NCBI RefSeq assembly: GCF_021028975.2
Contig: NC_059433.1
Coordinates: forward strand, 67,332,001-67,396,000
Direction of reading: 5' to 3'
Length of the DNA: 64,000 nt
DNA from: Sphaerodactylus townsendi
Lineage: Eukaryota
Shown: one piece after another, positions 36,675 through 48,779 of the stretch
How the letters are laid out: each line of letters opens with the position of its first letter
Numbering within the stretch: the stretch's first letter is position 1
Translations under genes and position numbers: made by a program
The notes under the pieces: generated by a model
What the model saw: only the letters and a program-made list of their open reading frames with translations
What the model was told of the DNA's origin: nothing
The model's database searches: none

Positions 36675-37205
36675 TGTAACCTCAGCTTGTGGGTTCTGTG
36701 GGGCAGTACTTGGAAGGAGTTGCAAAGAACCAAATTTAAACAAAACAGTTTACTTCTCTTTACAAATAACATTAAACATCAACATTTAACATTTACAATT
36801 CAAGGTCCTGTTCAGGTTGCATTTCAAGTCCTTCTAGTTACAGTCTACTGATACTGCCAAGTCCAATTCTTCTTTGCAAGTGGGTTGGCTCCTGAAGACT
36901 CCAAGGGCTTGGTGAACAGGATGCAACATGATGAAGGTTTCCAGGAGAACTCTCACCCATTACAACCACAAAAAGAAACCCTGAAACAATAAACTCCAAC
37001 ATTTACAACATAGCAAAAATAGACAACTACCTTCCCAGTAGTTCCCAACAATATTGTAGTGTACCTTAACAAGGTGTTAAGGGCTTATAGAAATCAAGGT
37101 TCGAGTCTGGTAGCCTTGTCTTCTCCAAAGAGCTCTGCAGCCTTTCTGCTGCTCTGAGTCTCCACCCCCTTACTGGTTCAACCCATTCTGGGCATGGGGG
37201 TTACA
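36675..37205 (-). mobile_element. Solo LTR, same family as 28048-28565
   Basis: TGTAACC...GGTTACA, 4-bp TSD CATG; empty site at ~41135-41150. Confidence 0.9.
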
Positions 37206-37671
37206 CATGCTTAGTGAATTCTCCCTGGCATCTCGCCCCCCCCCCCACACACACACTTCTCGTCCATGGCTTCTAGAAAGGCAAACTTCACTACAAGGAG
37301 GGTTTGGAATTTCTCCTCCTTGGTGTTTCAATTTTGCTTCTCCCTCATGTAAAGGAGATGCTTGCTGAGTCAACAGGAGCTAAGGGGATGCTGGGGCAAT
37401 TCTCTTGAATATATCTTGGGATGGTTCTGAGAGGGTAGTAGGTAATGAGCTGCTCGGAGTGCTGATAGATCCCCTGAGGATGACACAACAGGGATTATTT
37501 TTTATTTTATTGAATTGATACCCCGCCCAATTCCCGGCTGAAGTTTGGTCCAGGGCGGCTAACAACCAAGGCTCATTCCGTACATGCAGAATAATGCACT
37601 TTCAAACTGCTGTCAGTGCTCTTTGAAGCTGTGCGGAATAGCAAAATCCACTTGCAAACAGTTGTGAAAGT

Positions 37672-38528
37672 GAACATAAGAACATAAGAACAAGCCAGCT
37701 GGATCAGACCAAAGTCCATCTAGTCCAGCTCTCTGCTACTCGCAGTGGCCCACCAGGTGCCTTTGGGAGTTCACATGTAGGATGTGAAAGCAATGGCCTT
37801 CTGTGGCTGTTGCTCCCGATCACCTGGTCTGTTAAGGCATTTGCAATCTCAGATCAAGGAGGATCAAGATTGGTAGCCATAAATCGACTTCTCCTCCATA
37901 AATCTGTCCAAGCCCCTTTTAAAGCTATCCAGGTCAGTGGCCATCACCACCTCCTGTGGCAGCATATTCCAAACACCAATCACACGTTGCGTGAAGAAGT
38001 GTTTCCTTTGATTAGTCCTAATTCTTCCCCCCAGCATTTTCAATGAATGCCCCCTGGTTCTAGTATTGTGAGAAAGAGAGAAAAATTTCTCTCTGTCAAC
38101 ATTTTCTACCCCATGCATAATTTTGCTTAGACTTCCAATCATATCCCCTCAGCCCAGCCTCCTCTCTCCAAACTAAAGAGTCCCAAACGCTTCGCAGCCT
38201 CTCACCTCATAGGGAAGGTGCTCCAGTCCCTCAATCATCCTTGTTGCCCTTCTCTGCACTTTTTCTATCTCCTCAATATCCTTTTTGAGGATGCGGCGAC
38301 CAGAACTGGACACAGTACTCCAGATGCGGTCAGCATCTCACACAGCTTTATATAAGGGCATGACAATACTTTGCAGTTTTATTCTCAATTCCTTTCCTAA
38401 TGATCCCACAGCATAGGGTTTGCCTTTTACAGCTGCCATGCATTGAGTTGACATTCCCATGGAACTATCAACTAAGACGCCTAAATCCCTTTCCTGGTCT
38501 GTGACTGATAGCACTGACCCCTGTAGCG
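37672..38528 (-). mobile_element. 5'-truncated CR1 inserted in a MITE (halves at ~37570-37671 and ~38529-38589)
   Basis: Reverse complement of the CR1 3' part; MITE TIRs GGCTCATTCCG...CGGAAGGGGCC on either side. Confidence 0.9.
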
Positions 38529-38972
38529 TGGTTTGAAAGTGGTTTGAAGTGGTTTGAAAACGCATTATTTTGTGTGCGCGGAAGGGGCCCAAGATTAAAA
38601 CCACACAATATCCAACACAGCTCCATAAATAAGTTCCAAAATCAATTTCTATACAATTTTAAAAAAATATATAATTCATATGTAGATGGTGAGCCAATGT
38701 CTAAACCGAGGAATTACTCTACGCGTCTCCCTAGTTCTGGATTAGCCAACCTGAATGTCAAGCGAATCACACCTTTGGGTCAGGTGGGGAAGTTCAGCAG
38801 CCTTCCTGCCCAGGCTTGGCACACAGTATCTATCCCACAATTCTCTTACAGGCATCCATTTTGTGTGGATTTGTGGCACCCACTGCTTTTGACTCATTCA
38901 AGCACCTTTTGTTCTGGCAGGTGCATCTAAACAAACAGAGGGGAAAAGTATTCTAAAAAACACACAAGGAGG

Positions 38973-39863
38973 ATGTGGACCAATTTCAGCTTCACAAATC
39001 AGACCTCTGTGACTCCTGAGACAGACGATTATAACCTAACCTTTGGGGAATACCTGGAGCAAAAGACTATCTCTTTCCTAAGCATTTTTATTGGCATTTT
39101 TGGATTTCTGGGGAACGCCGTCGTCCTCTGGCTTCTTGGTTTCCGCATTAAGAGGAATTCTTTCACCATCTTCATCCTGAACCTGGCCGTGGCTGACATG
39201 GGAGTCCTCATATCTTTGGCAACATTTTTTGCTGTAGAAGATCCCTCTTCGGACCTCATATACGTGGAGCTCATCATATTCACATACAGCACCGGCCAGT
39301 TCCTACTGACAGTGATCAGCATTGACCGGTGCCTGTGTGTCCTCTTCCCAATCTGGCATCGACTTCGCCGACCATCTCAATTGTCCACCTTCGTGTGTGC
39401 CACTATCTGGGTCCTCTCCTTCCTGCTTAGTGGAATTCACTACATACTCTTCCAGACTGGGATCCTGGAAAAGGATCACCCTCTCACGTTCTACCAGTTT
39501 TTTGTGAGCGCCCTGCTTTGCCTCCCACTCATGATCATCTCCACTCTGACCTTGTCCATTAAAGTCTGCTTCAAATCCCAACAGCGGCAGCGAGGAAGGC
39601 TTTTAAGAGCTATCCTCCTGACGCTTCTCTTCTTCCTCCTCTTCGCGTTCCCGCTGAATGCTGCCTACTTTCACTTTGCTTTCTCCAGGGATGCATTTCC
39701 CTCTCCAATGAGATACGGCTTACTGTGTGCTTCCTTAAACAGCAGCATTAACCCACTGATTTATTTTGTGGTTGGGAGAAAGCGGGAGGGTCCGACTGGA
39801 GAAAGCTTGAAGGTCGTACTACGGAGGATATTGGAAGAAGAAGAAGAAGAAGAAGAAGGGTGA
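38973..39863 (+). CDS. MAS-related GPCR (canonical MRGPR-like), 296 aa
   Basis: GFLGNA, ILNLAVAD, ISIDRC, FPIW, FAFP and NSSINPLIYFVVG motifs; N-terminal N-glycosylation sequons; acceptor at ~38920. Confidence 0.95.
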   Translation: MWTNFSFTNQTSVTPETDDYNLTFGEYLEQKTISFLSIFIGIFGFLGNAVVLWLLGFRIKRNSFTIFILNLAVADMGVLISLATFFAVEDPSSDLIYVELIIFTYSTGQFLLTVISIDRCLCVLFPIWHRLRRPSQLSTFVCATIWVLSFLLSGIHYILFQTGILEKDHPLTFYQFFVSALLCLPLMIISTLTLSIKVCFKSQQRQRGRLLRAILLTLLFFLLFAFPLNAAYFHFAFSRDAFPSPMRYGLLCASLNSSINPLIYFVVGRKREGPTGESLKVVLRRILEEEEEEEEG

Positions 39864-40649
39864 AGAGAGGAATGGCAGCTTCCCTCCATTCAACCCAAGC
39901 CATGATGCCATTAAGCGGTGCACTTTGAACCAGTGCAATCCAAAGGCCAAAAAAAAAAAATTAATAGACAGAACAGGTAGATGTGGAACAGGGGAAGTGG
40001 AGCTCCCCAATTACAATCCAGTTACAATGTCTCCAGAAGCCCCAATTTATTATAGCATTATAGATGCATTAGAAATTGAGTGAAAACCTACAGTGATTAT
40101 CAAGATGTATGCTAGCAAAAGGACCTTCATAAAGCAACAATAGCAAAGAAATCCTCTTCTATGGGACTATTCCGTTATCTACAAAGAACTCTTTCCCTGA
40201 ATTGGTTTAGGAATATTTTGATTTAGGGTAACCAAACTCCGGTAGGTTTGGTCTCGGAAATCCTTCAGTTAGGCCCAATATCTAAAAATTAAAGAAGCAT
40301 GTTAATAAAAAATATTTTTAAAACATTTCAGAAAATTTAAAAAAATTGGGATCATATCCAGATCATATCAAACAACAAATTAGATTATTACTCACTTGTA
40401 GCTCAATGTATAATGCTCTCAAAGATGTTTTTATTCTTTATTAACCTTTAATAGGCATAGATCAAAAGATGTTTGTTCTAATAGTTTCTAACCTTTGCTC
40501 TTCCTGTAAAATGAGATATTCAAAATTATATCAACTGAACTACATTTCAAAATATAAAGAACAGGAAACCGTTTTCTAAATACAAAGATGTATTAAGCCT
40601 TTAAATCAAATATAAATACTGAGACTACAGCTGGCTGCTTACTCTCACG

Positions 40650-41280
40650 TCTTGTGCAATTTCCCTTCAATAGCAAAAAATATGCAATCCAAGTTTTAAA
40701 AGATCAGTTTTCAAGCAACATAAAAATGCAAGCTTATGCCTTAGAGACCCCGCATGTTTCTCAGAATATGAGTGAGTTTCTCTTGAGACCTAATCTTTTC
40801 AGAACAATTTCTTCCATGCTTAGGGATCTGCGAAAGCAGCTTGGGAGAGTAATGGAGCTTTACCCATGGCTAATGGCCTCTCTGGCTAATGGACTGGTAG
40901 GAAGTGTCCAGATTGGTAGGAATATGTGGTTTGTGCCCCACCCTTACTGGTCTACATAAATTGCTTCTCAGGCATTTTCTGCACTGTATTTGACACTCTG
41001 GGCTAGCTGGACAAATTCGTTGCAATCCCAAGAAAAAGTGACATCTGTGACCCTGAAGTTCTGAAGAAGAACCGTTAGCTCCTTGCCTTCAATTGGGAAA
41101 AGTTTGGATCAGAAGAAGGTAGGCTGTCCTCTGCATGAAATGAACACTTAGTGAATTCTCCCTGGCATCTCGCCCCATACACACTTCTCATCCATGGCTT
41201 ATAGAAAGGCAGCATTTACTACAAGGAGGATTTGGAATTTCGTCTCCTTGGTGTTTCGATTTTGGTTCTCCTTCATGTAA
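40650..41280 (+). repeat. Segmental duplicate of ~36190-37350 (without the LTR)
   Basis: Colinear similarity, e.g. CCAAGTTTTAAAAGATCAGTTTTCAAGCAACATAAA. Confidence 0.85.
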
Positions 41281-41708
41281 ATTGAATTGATTGATTCTTT
41301 ATCATCACAACACAGTCTGTCTCCTTGTACTGGTGTAGTTGTTGAGAGCAGTGGACTCTGAGAACCAGGTTTGATTCCCCATGCCTCCACATAACCTTTG
41401 GGGTCTCTCCAACGATATGTTTCTATGATAAGGGGTGGACTCTAATCTGGTGAACTGGATTGAGTTCCGTGGTGCTACACATGAAGCCTGCTGGGTGACC
41501 TTGGGCCAGTCATAGTTCTCTCAGAACTCTCTCAGCCCCATCTACCTTATGAGATTTCTGTTGTGGGGAGAGGAAGCAAAGGAGTTTGTAAGCTGCTTTA
41601 AGACTCCTTACAGACTCTAAAATGTAGGCATACTTTGTTGCTATTTGTTCATTTAAGAATTCTGGATTGTACATTATAAAAGTATGCAGCCAACAGTGAA
41701 GATTCATG

Positions 41709-41845
41709 CAGGGGTCTTCAAACTATGGCCCTCCAGATGTTCATGGACTACAATTCCCATCAGCCCCCGCCAGCATGGCCAAGTGGTAGGGCTCATGGGA
41801 ATTGTAGTCTATGAAATCTGGAGGGCCATAGTTTGAAGACCCCTG
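41709..41845. mobile_element. hAT-type hairpin MITE
   Basis: CAGGGGTCTTCAAACT...AGTTTGAAGACCCCTG. Confidence 0.8.
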
Positions 41846-42626
41846 GATCATAGGATAAGTACAGCCATACCGTTGAGTTTTCGAAAGTTCCTTAGCATTG
41901 GCTTAATATAGACACTGGGGAAAGCATTACTATTCCGTTGAGCATGGCTACAGAATTGAAGACTTTCTGGTAAAACCTGTTCTGTAATTTCGTAGGATTC
42001 TCTAACAGAGGATTATTTAACATAAGATTCTCTAACGTGAGCCTAAAGATTACTTAGCATGATGTGAAATTAAAATGTTGGATTCTCTGGTGTAATGTTA
42101 GAAATAATATCCCATTAGATAATTTATTCTCTAAATATACAATGTGCTAGTAATATGAGGAAGCAAACTGAATAATAATACTGAAGATAGGAAAGAATGA
42201 AGAAACAACAACACTCACTTAAAACAATAACAAATCTAAAAGCAAGCCAAGAGCTTGCTTAAGCAGAAAAGTAATTTGATAGGAAGGTGGAGGAGAAGGA
42301 ATGCTTCATTGCTTCAAAACAGCACAATAGTTTCAAGGCAAAAAACTGAACTATTTTAAATAAATTATTTTGTTGTTATAAACTTTGGCATTTTGGGGAG
42401 AAACTTTTTTTTTGGCTTTTGTGAGAAGACTTAATTCTGTAGTAGACTCATTGGAAGAAATCGAACAGGGTTTGTCCTCTGTCGTCTCGTGACAGGCATG
42501 CATGAAGAGAAAATAAAGCTGAGGCATCTCAAAATTGGGCAGCCCTTTCGGGATGATTGCGGGAGTTGTAGTTTCAGGTATAAAGAGAACTGGATCCTCC
42601 TGCCCCATCCCCCATTCTTTGCTAAG

Positions 42627-42877
42627 TGTAAGGCTGGACACACTCAGACAAAGTTGACTTTAAATAAAGGAACGAACTTTATTGACTTGTGTAGCCCTAA
42701 GATACAGGGTGCTGGAACTGAGGGTTCTTGCCCTCAGTTCCAGTATATATACACATAGGGGTGGGCGGTCCTTCCCAGTGGCGGGAAACTGGGAGGGCTG
42801 GGGAAACAGGAACCTAACCTGAGGAAACAGAAACCTAACATGCAACAGGGGATTGGGGGAGGGTTGCGACCCTGACA
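42627..42877 (-). mobile_element. Short solo LTR
   Basis: TGTA...TGACA ends, 5-bp TSD CTAAG; same family as 8109-8337. Confidence 0.85.
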
Positions 42878-43843
42878 CTAAGGAGATGGGGGCTACCCTT
42901 TTGAGGGTCCATAACTTTGGACCCCCTGAACCAAACTGCACCAAACTTGGGGGGGTCCCATCAGGACAGTCTCCAGATGATATCCTGACATTTTGGTGCC
43001 GATACATCCAAAAATGCACCCCCTGCAGGAACATCCCAGAAATTTGCCCAAGAATCTTTGTCTGCATTGAGTTTTCTGCATTGCTGTCAATGGGGATTGC
43101 AGGTTGGGGGGGCACATTTCTGAAGGCACAGTCTCAAAACTTTCATGGTCTCATCAGGAAACTGCCCTAATGATACCCCCCAGGTTTGGTGCAGTTTGGT
43201 TCAGGGGGGCCAAAGTTATGGACCCTCAAAACTGTAGCCCCCATCTCCTATTAGCTTCCATTGGAAACAATGGGGATGGGGGCACCCCCTCTGGGAGTCC
43301 ATAACTTTGGACTCCCTGAACCAAACCTCATCAAACTTGGGAAATAGCATAGCCTAAAACTGCGCCCCCTGCAGGCCAAAAATGGAAAACCACTAAAAAT
43401 ATCCAAAAACGAACCCTGCATTTTGATGCCCCCAACAAGGTGGTGCCCTGGGCAGCTGCCCACCTTGCCCAATGGGCATTACGCCCCTGGTTTTCTGCCA
43501 TTTATCCTTTAGATGCAATTTATATGCACCTTGCACACAAAGGAAATTGCAATTTCAGGACCATTAAGGGAAGACTTTTAGCAACAGACAACAGAAAATG
43601 GAGTGGAAGTAAAGACTGAGATTAGATTTATCAATTCCATAATTTTCGGAGAAAAAGCCATCTGACTCAAACCCAAAGTTTTATTGATTTTATTTTAAGC
43701 CACTTCACAACATCATATATAGAGAAGGCAATAACTGAGTGAAATGTGATGTGCTTTCCCGCTGCAACTGAAACCAATGTTTTCTGTTTTCTTCTAGCAG
43801 GAGAGTTTATTCAAAAAAAGGGGGAAAGAATCTGAAGCAGAAG

Positions 43844-44728
43844 ATGAGCAAATTCAATTTTGGATTCAATTTTGGATTTGATACTACTAATGAAATTGAT
43901 TCAGAAATTATCAGGCGCCCAGAGGATACAATGGCTTTAAGTGTCCTTTCTACTGTTATCTGCATTTTTGGATGCATGGGAAATGGAATTTTCCTCTGGT
44001 TACTCACTTTCACCATTAAGAGGAATACTTTCACCATCTATCTTTTGAACTTCACCATCAGTTCACTTGGACTCCTTATACACCTGTTTCATGATTATGT
44101 ATATTTAATTATAACCACTGTCAATATGGATATTGTTATACATAGTTCTACTGAAATGATTCTAAACCTTTTCTTCCTTATGCGATCCATTGGTCGCTTG
44201 AACCTGACAGCTATTGGCATCGATAGGTGTGTGTCTGTTCTCTTTCCAAACTGGTATCGATCCCACAAGTCGCCAGATTTCTCCGCCGTAGCATGTTCCT
44301 TAATATGGGTCCTCTTCTTCATCCTCTTAATTAATGAAGCATATTTTACTTTGATGCTTTTCAAGTACTGGTTTTGGGGGACAGTCTTGATTTTCTGTCT
44401 AGTCGTGATAGCCTCCACTCTGACCCTGTTCATCAAAGCCTGCTTTAAATCACAACCGCAACAATGTGGAACGTTAACCACAGTTGCCTTATTGACTCTG
44501 CCCTTATTCCTCCTTCTGGATGTCTTGTTTATCGTCTGTTCCTCCAATCGGATATATGTTTTGTTAGGGGACTGCCTGGTGATCAGCATGAACCCACTGA
44601 TTTACTTCTTGGTTGGGCGATGGAAAGAGAGTCAGCTACAGGAAACCATGAGGGCCATCCTGCAAAGAGTTTTCAAAGAGGAGGAGTCAGTGCCAATCAC
44701 TCCCACCCAGCTACAATCTCTTCCTTAG
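43844..44728 (+). CDS. Divergent MAS-related GPCR, 294 aa
   Basis: GCMGNG, GIDRC, FPNWYR and NPLIYFLVG motifs; acceptor TAGCAG at ~43795-43800; AATAAA at ~45023. Confidence 0.88.
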   Translation: MSKFNFGFNFGFDTTNEIDSEIIRRPEDTMALSVLSTVICIFGCMGNGIFLWLLTFTIKRNTFTIYLLNFTISSLGLLIHLFHDYVYLIITTVNMDIVIHSSTEMILNLFFLMRSIGRLNLTAIGIDRCVSVLFPNWYRSHKSPDFSAVACSLIWVLFFILLINEAYFTLMLFKYWFWGTVLIFCLVVIASTLTLFIKACFKSQPQQCGTLTTVALLTLPLFLLLDVLFIVCSSNRIYVLLGDCLVISMNPLIYFLVGRWKESQLQETMRAILQRVFKEEESVPITPTQLQSLP

Positions 44729-45330
44729 AACATCTCGCTTCTAGCTTGGCCATAGAGTTGCAACGGTCTTGGTTCCTTTAGGGTTTTCATGGGAACAAAT
44801 CGGATAAGCTATGAAGTGGAAGAAAGGGGGTTGCTGATGCAGAGGTCTTGAGAAATTCCTTTGGGCCACACCATTGCTGCACATTTGCAGGGCAAACTTA
44901 AATGGTCAAAGCTGCAGAACGGTTTGACAGATACTCATTACGATATAATCGGCAATCATTGCAATGCTGCCAAATATCTTGCTGAATGGGCATGCCTCGC
45001 TTCATAGAGAATGTTAAGCGCTAATAAACATTTCTGCAAAATCTCTCTCTCATCTTTAAGATTTGTAAAAAAATTACACGATAAACAGTTGCATATGATC
45101 AGTTCGATTTGAGCCCGGAGAGACTAGCAAGATCTTGAGGGTAGAAACTTTATCAAGGGAGTTTTCACCGTTGAAAACTTCTCTCTCAAAAACCTTCCTG
45201 ATCTCTAGGGTGCTCCTGAACGTCTCGCATCTAACTTGGCTGCTCTGCTGCTGACAAGGGTAGCTACTTTTGAATGAGTTAAACATGATGTGTTGTGTGT
45301 CATGCCTGAGCAAAATAATGTACAATGTCC

Positions 45331-45930
45331 TTAGGTGGTGAGAACCACAAAGGATTGCGAAGAGCTCCAAGCGGACCTTGATAGAGCACTTTCCTTATGA
45401 GGAGAGGCTGCAGCGTTTGGGACTCTTTAGTTTGGAGAGGAGACGTCTGAGGGGGGATATGATCGAAGTCTATAAAATTATGCATGGGGTAGAAAATGTT
45501 GACAGAGAGACATTTTTCTCTCTTTCTCACAATACTAGAACCAGGGGGCATTCATTGAAAATGCTGGGGGGAAGAATTAGGACTAATAAAAGGAAACACT
45601 TCTGCATCCTGCAACGTGTGATTGGTGTTTGGAATATGCTGCCACAGGAGGTGGTGATGGCCACTAACCTGGATAGCTTTAAAAAGGGCTTGGACAGATT
45701 TATGGAGGAGAAGTCGATCTATGGCTACCAATCTTGATCCTCCTTGATCTGAGATTGCAAATGCCTCAGCAGACCAGGTGCTCGGGAGCAACAGCAGCAG
45801 AAGGCCATTGCTTTCACATCCTGCACGTGAGCTCCCAAAGGCACCTGGTGGGTCACTGCGAGTAGCAGAGAGCTGGACTAGATGGACTCTGGTCTGATCC
45901 AGCAGGCTAGTTCTTATGTTCTTATGTTCT
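45331..45930 (+). mobile_element. CR1 3' fragment with internal deletion
   Basis: Sequence matching ~4923-4973 joined to sequence matching ~5371 onward; tail present. Confidence 0.9.
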
Positions 45931-46951
45931 TCAATGCTAAGATTTGCCTCTCACAGAATTGCAGAATGTTCCATGTAAGCAATGTGTTTGGAAATGAGAA
46001 GCAGATAAAAAAAATTATCTACAACATGCAGGTGCTATAAGAACTTAGTAGATATATAAAAAGAAGTCTCATATGATATAATACTGGACCACTGATGATT
46101 GACCAGTCGGGACAAGAGCTGTTAAGGCTTGTTAAGACTTGCCTAAGAAATGTTTTCAAAGGCCAGATTTTGGGTCAAGGATAGACCAACCTGACCCAGG
46201 GTATTCTGTCAGATCTTACTCGGAATTAAAATCTCTTACTCTCCTGAGGGACAGTACAAGTTCCATCCTGACCTGGTCGTTCATGTCTTATAACTCTAGA
46301 AAACTAGTAACATGTGTAAATTTGCATCAGAATTGCTAAATACTAGGAAAAAATAAGAAATATAGGATAAATATAGGATAAACAGGATAAATCTTAAGTT
46401 GTGTCATAGTCATTGCCATCTGGATCGGATTATGGAAACTTATTGAGTTGTTTTAAACATTTTCAGATGGTTTTATGATGGTATATATGGTTGAAAGCTG
46501 CCCCAAGCCCAGAAGCGGAGGGGCACTATATTAAATCGAAATTAATTAGTAGCTACATGGTATGACTACGAATGAAAAGTAAACAATAAAGATATCTTAC
46601 TGAATCACCAAAAGTCTCATCTGAACTCTTTTCATAGCAGGGAAATTGATTCCAGTGTAGTCCTCATTCAGTTCGCTTTCCTAAGAAAATAACAGGTCAC
46701 CAACATCACTGCAAAGGAAAAATTAATATGTTCACTATCATTTATCTCGAAAAGATAGAAAATACACACACACACATACACACACACACACGACTTGGTT
46801 ATGCAAAATCTGTAGAGCCTTTCCAGAAAAGCACTCAAAACCGTTACAATTACTAACAGTGTCCAATAAATAAAGAAAAGCAAGGAAGTCCAAACAATTG
46901 ATCATGCAGGGTTCCTTTTTCTCATCTGTTTTTTCGGCACAGGGTGTAGCT

Positions 46952-48002
46952 CAGTGGTGGTGAACCTATGGCATGGGTGCCAGAGGTGGCACTCAGAGCC
47001 CTCTTTGTGGGCACGCACGCCATCGCCCCAGTTTGGGCATTTGGCAGTGGCATAGTGTCAAAGGGGCGAGGGTGTGCAACACACTAGGTGTGTGACCCTG
47101 TGGGTGTTACCATGCTGCCTGGTAACTTTTAATAGCTCCAGACCAACCAGCTCTCAGCAGCGCAGGGGAACAGAAACGGGACCCGACACAGCGAGTATAG
47201 TAAATAATAAAAGGTATTATTGAGATGCTGACCTCCGTGTCAGCACCTCCGCACCATGGCAACTGCGCTGCCTAGCAGCCTTACAGCATCTTAAATACAC
47301 TTTCTCCCGCCGGGAGTCCGGGAGAATACAGGACAGCCTACAACCATTCATTCACAAAATACATGACAACCAATCATACATCTACAAGTACATGGGAACC
47401 AATCAGAGTCCAGCGGGCAGTCCCTTCTTGAATTTCGCGCCAAAGGCAGGGCGAGGCGATGAAGTAGGCGCTGGCGGAAAGAGCACAAAAGAGTCCTTTG
47501 GGTGCTTGGGGGTCAGGAAACGAAACTTAACGATGATGGCCCCCTTATCTGCCTGCCGGTGGGATTAGGCAGATTGAGGCGCTTCTTCCGGGGTCCCTTT
47601 TGTCAACGTCCATCCCAGGTTTTACAAATGAAAGGGACATGCCCAGGTGGAGCAGGGGTGGATTCCTGCCTTGAGCCAAGGAGGTTCCATGCAGACGCCA
47701 ATACAAAAGACAGCTATAATTCCTATTTTCTATCTAATACAGTTTGTTCCTACCTAACTTATACAGAAATAAAACACAGTTCCATCTTTATTTAAAACAA
47801 GACCAGAAATGGAATAAAATCACTTCTGGCTCTGCTATCATGGGGCGTGGCAAGGGCGTTCCAGGGGTGTGACGGGGGTGTTTAGGGGCATTCCAGGGCG
47901 GGCGAGGGGCGTGGGAGGGGCACAGGGCGCACACGTGACCTGGACGCAGTTTTCCCTTGCTCCACCCCTGGCACTCGGTCTCTCAAAGGTTCGCCATCAC
48001 TG
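46952..48002. mobile_element. hAT MITE containing two nested insertions
   Basis: TIRs CAGTGGTGGTGAACCT / AGGTTCGCCATCACTG; perfect 8-bp TSD GTGTAGCT. Confidence 0.88.
47105..47840 (-). mobile_element. Solo LTR (CpG-retaining, likely young)
   Basis: TGTTAC...CTATCA ends with 4-bp TSD TGGG; TATTTAAG on the minus strand; two CCAAT boxes; strand is inferred. Confidence 0.75.
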
Positions 48003-48377
48003 GTGTAGCTGCTGAAGGTCTTTCTTCAACTTGGGCCTGCAAAAAAATAGGTCATTCCTGTTTCACTGAGCTGTGGGCCTTCCTTCTCCCATTCTGCAGA
48101 TCAGGGGGGGGGGGGATTCTTGCAGTTGGCAATCTGCAAACAAGCAAACCAACTGCACATGCTCATGGAGCTCTTGCCCCCAGGTCCTTAGATCCAACAG
48201 AAAAAAATGGCAAGGGTTACAAAAAGGTCAGGGCTAGGCAGCTCAATCCGCAGCCTGAGGCAGCCAGGGACAGCATTGCCACTGCGCCACCCAGTTGCCC
48301 CCAGAGAATTTGGGGGCGTGGGCGTGGGAAGGCCGGGAAAATGAAAAACAGAAATACCCAGCAGCCGGAAAGCCGGA

Positions 48378-48738
48378 GTGCTATGTGGTTTCCGGGCTGT
48401 ATGGCCGTGTTCTAGCAGCATTCTCTCCTGACGTTTCGCCTGCATCTGTGGCTGGCATCTTCAGAGGATCTGATAGTAGGAATGGAAAGCAAGTGGAGTA
48501 TATATCCTGTGAGGTCAAAAGGTGAGGCCCTCTGAAAAGAGTAGCCTGATATGTGAGTCATAAAGAAGTCTGTAGCCTGGGAGTAACGATGAAGATAGCA
48601 AGGTCAATAGGTGAATGCATCTGAATAGAAGTATCCTGGTCTTTGTTTCCTTGGTTGCTATTGTCTATAGTTGCCCTGTGTTTGTGTGGAGCTGATTAGT
48701 CACAGTCTTGATTCTAGAGTTTTTCAACACTGGCAGCA
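48378..48738 (-). mobile_element. Penelope-like element 3' end with intact minimal hammerhead ribozyme (48426-48468)
   Basis: Minus strand: LPVLKNSRIKT ORF tail, then TCCT-CTGAAGA-T-GCC..GGC-GAAAC-GTC-AGGA. Confidence 0.8.
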
Positions 48739-48779
48739 GGAAAGCCCTTCATAAGGTTCAAAGGAGTAATGCCGCCTGA

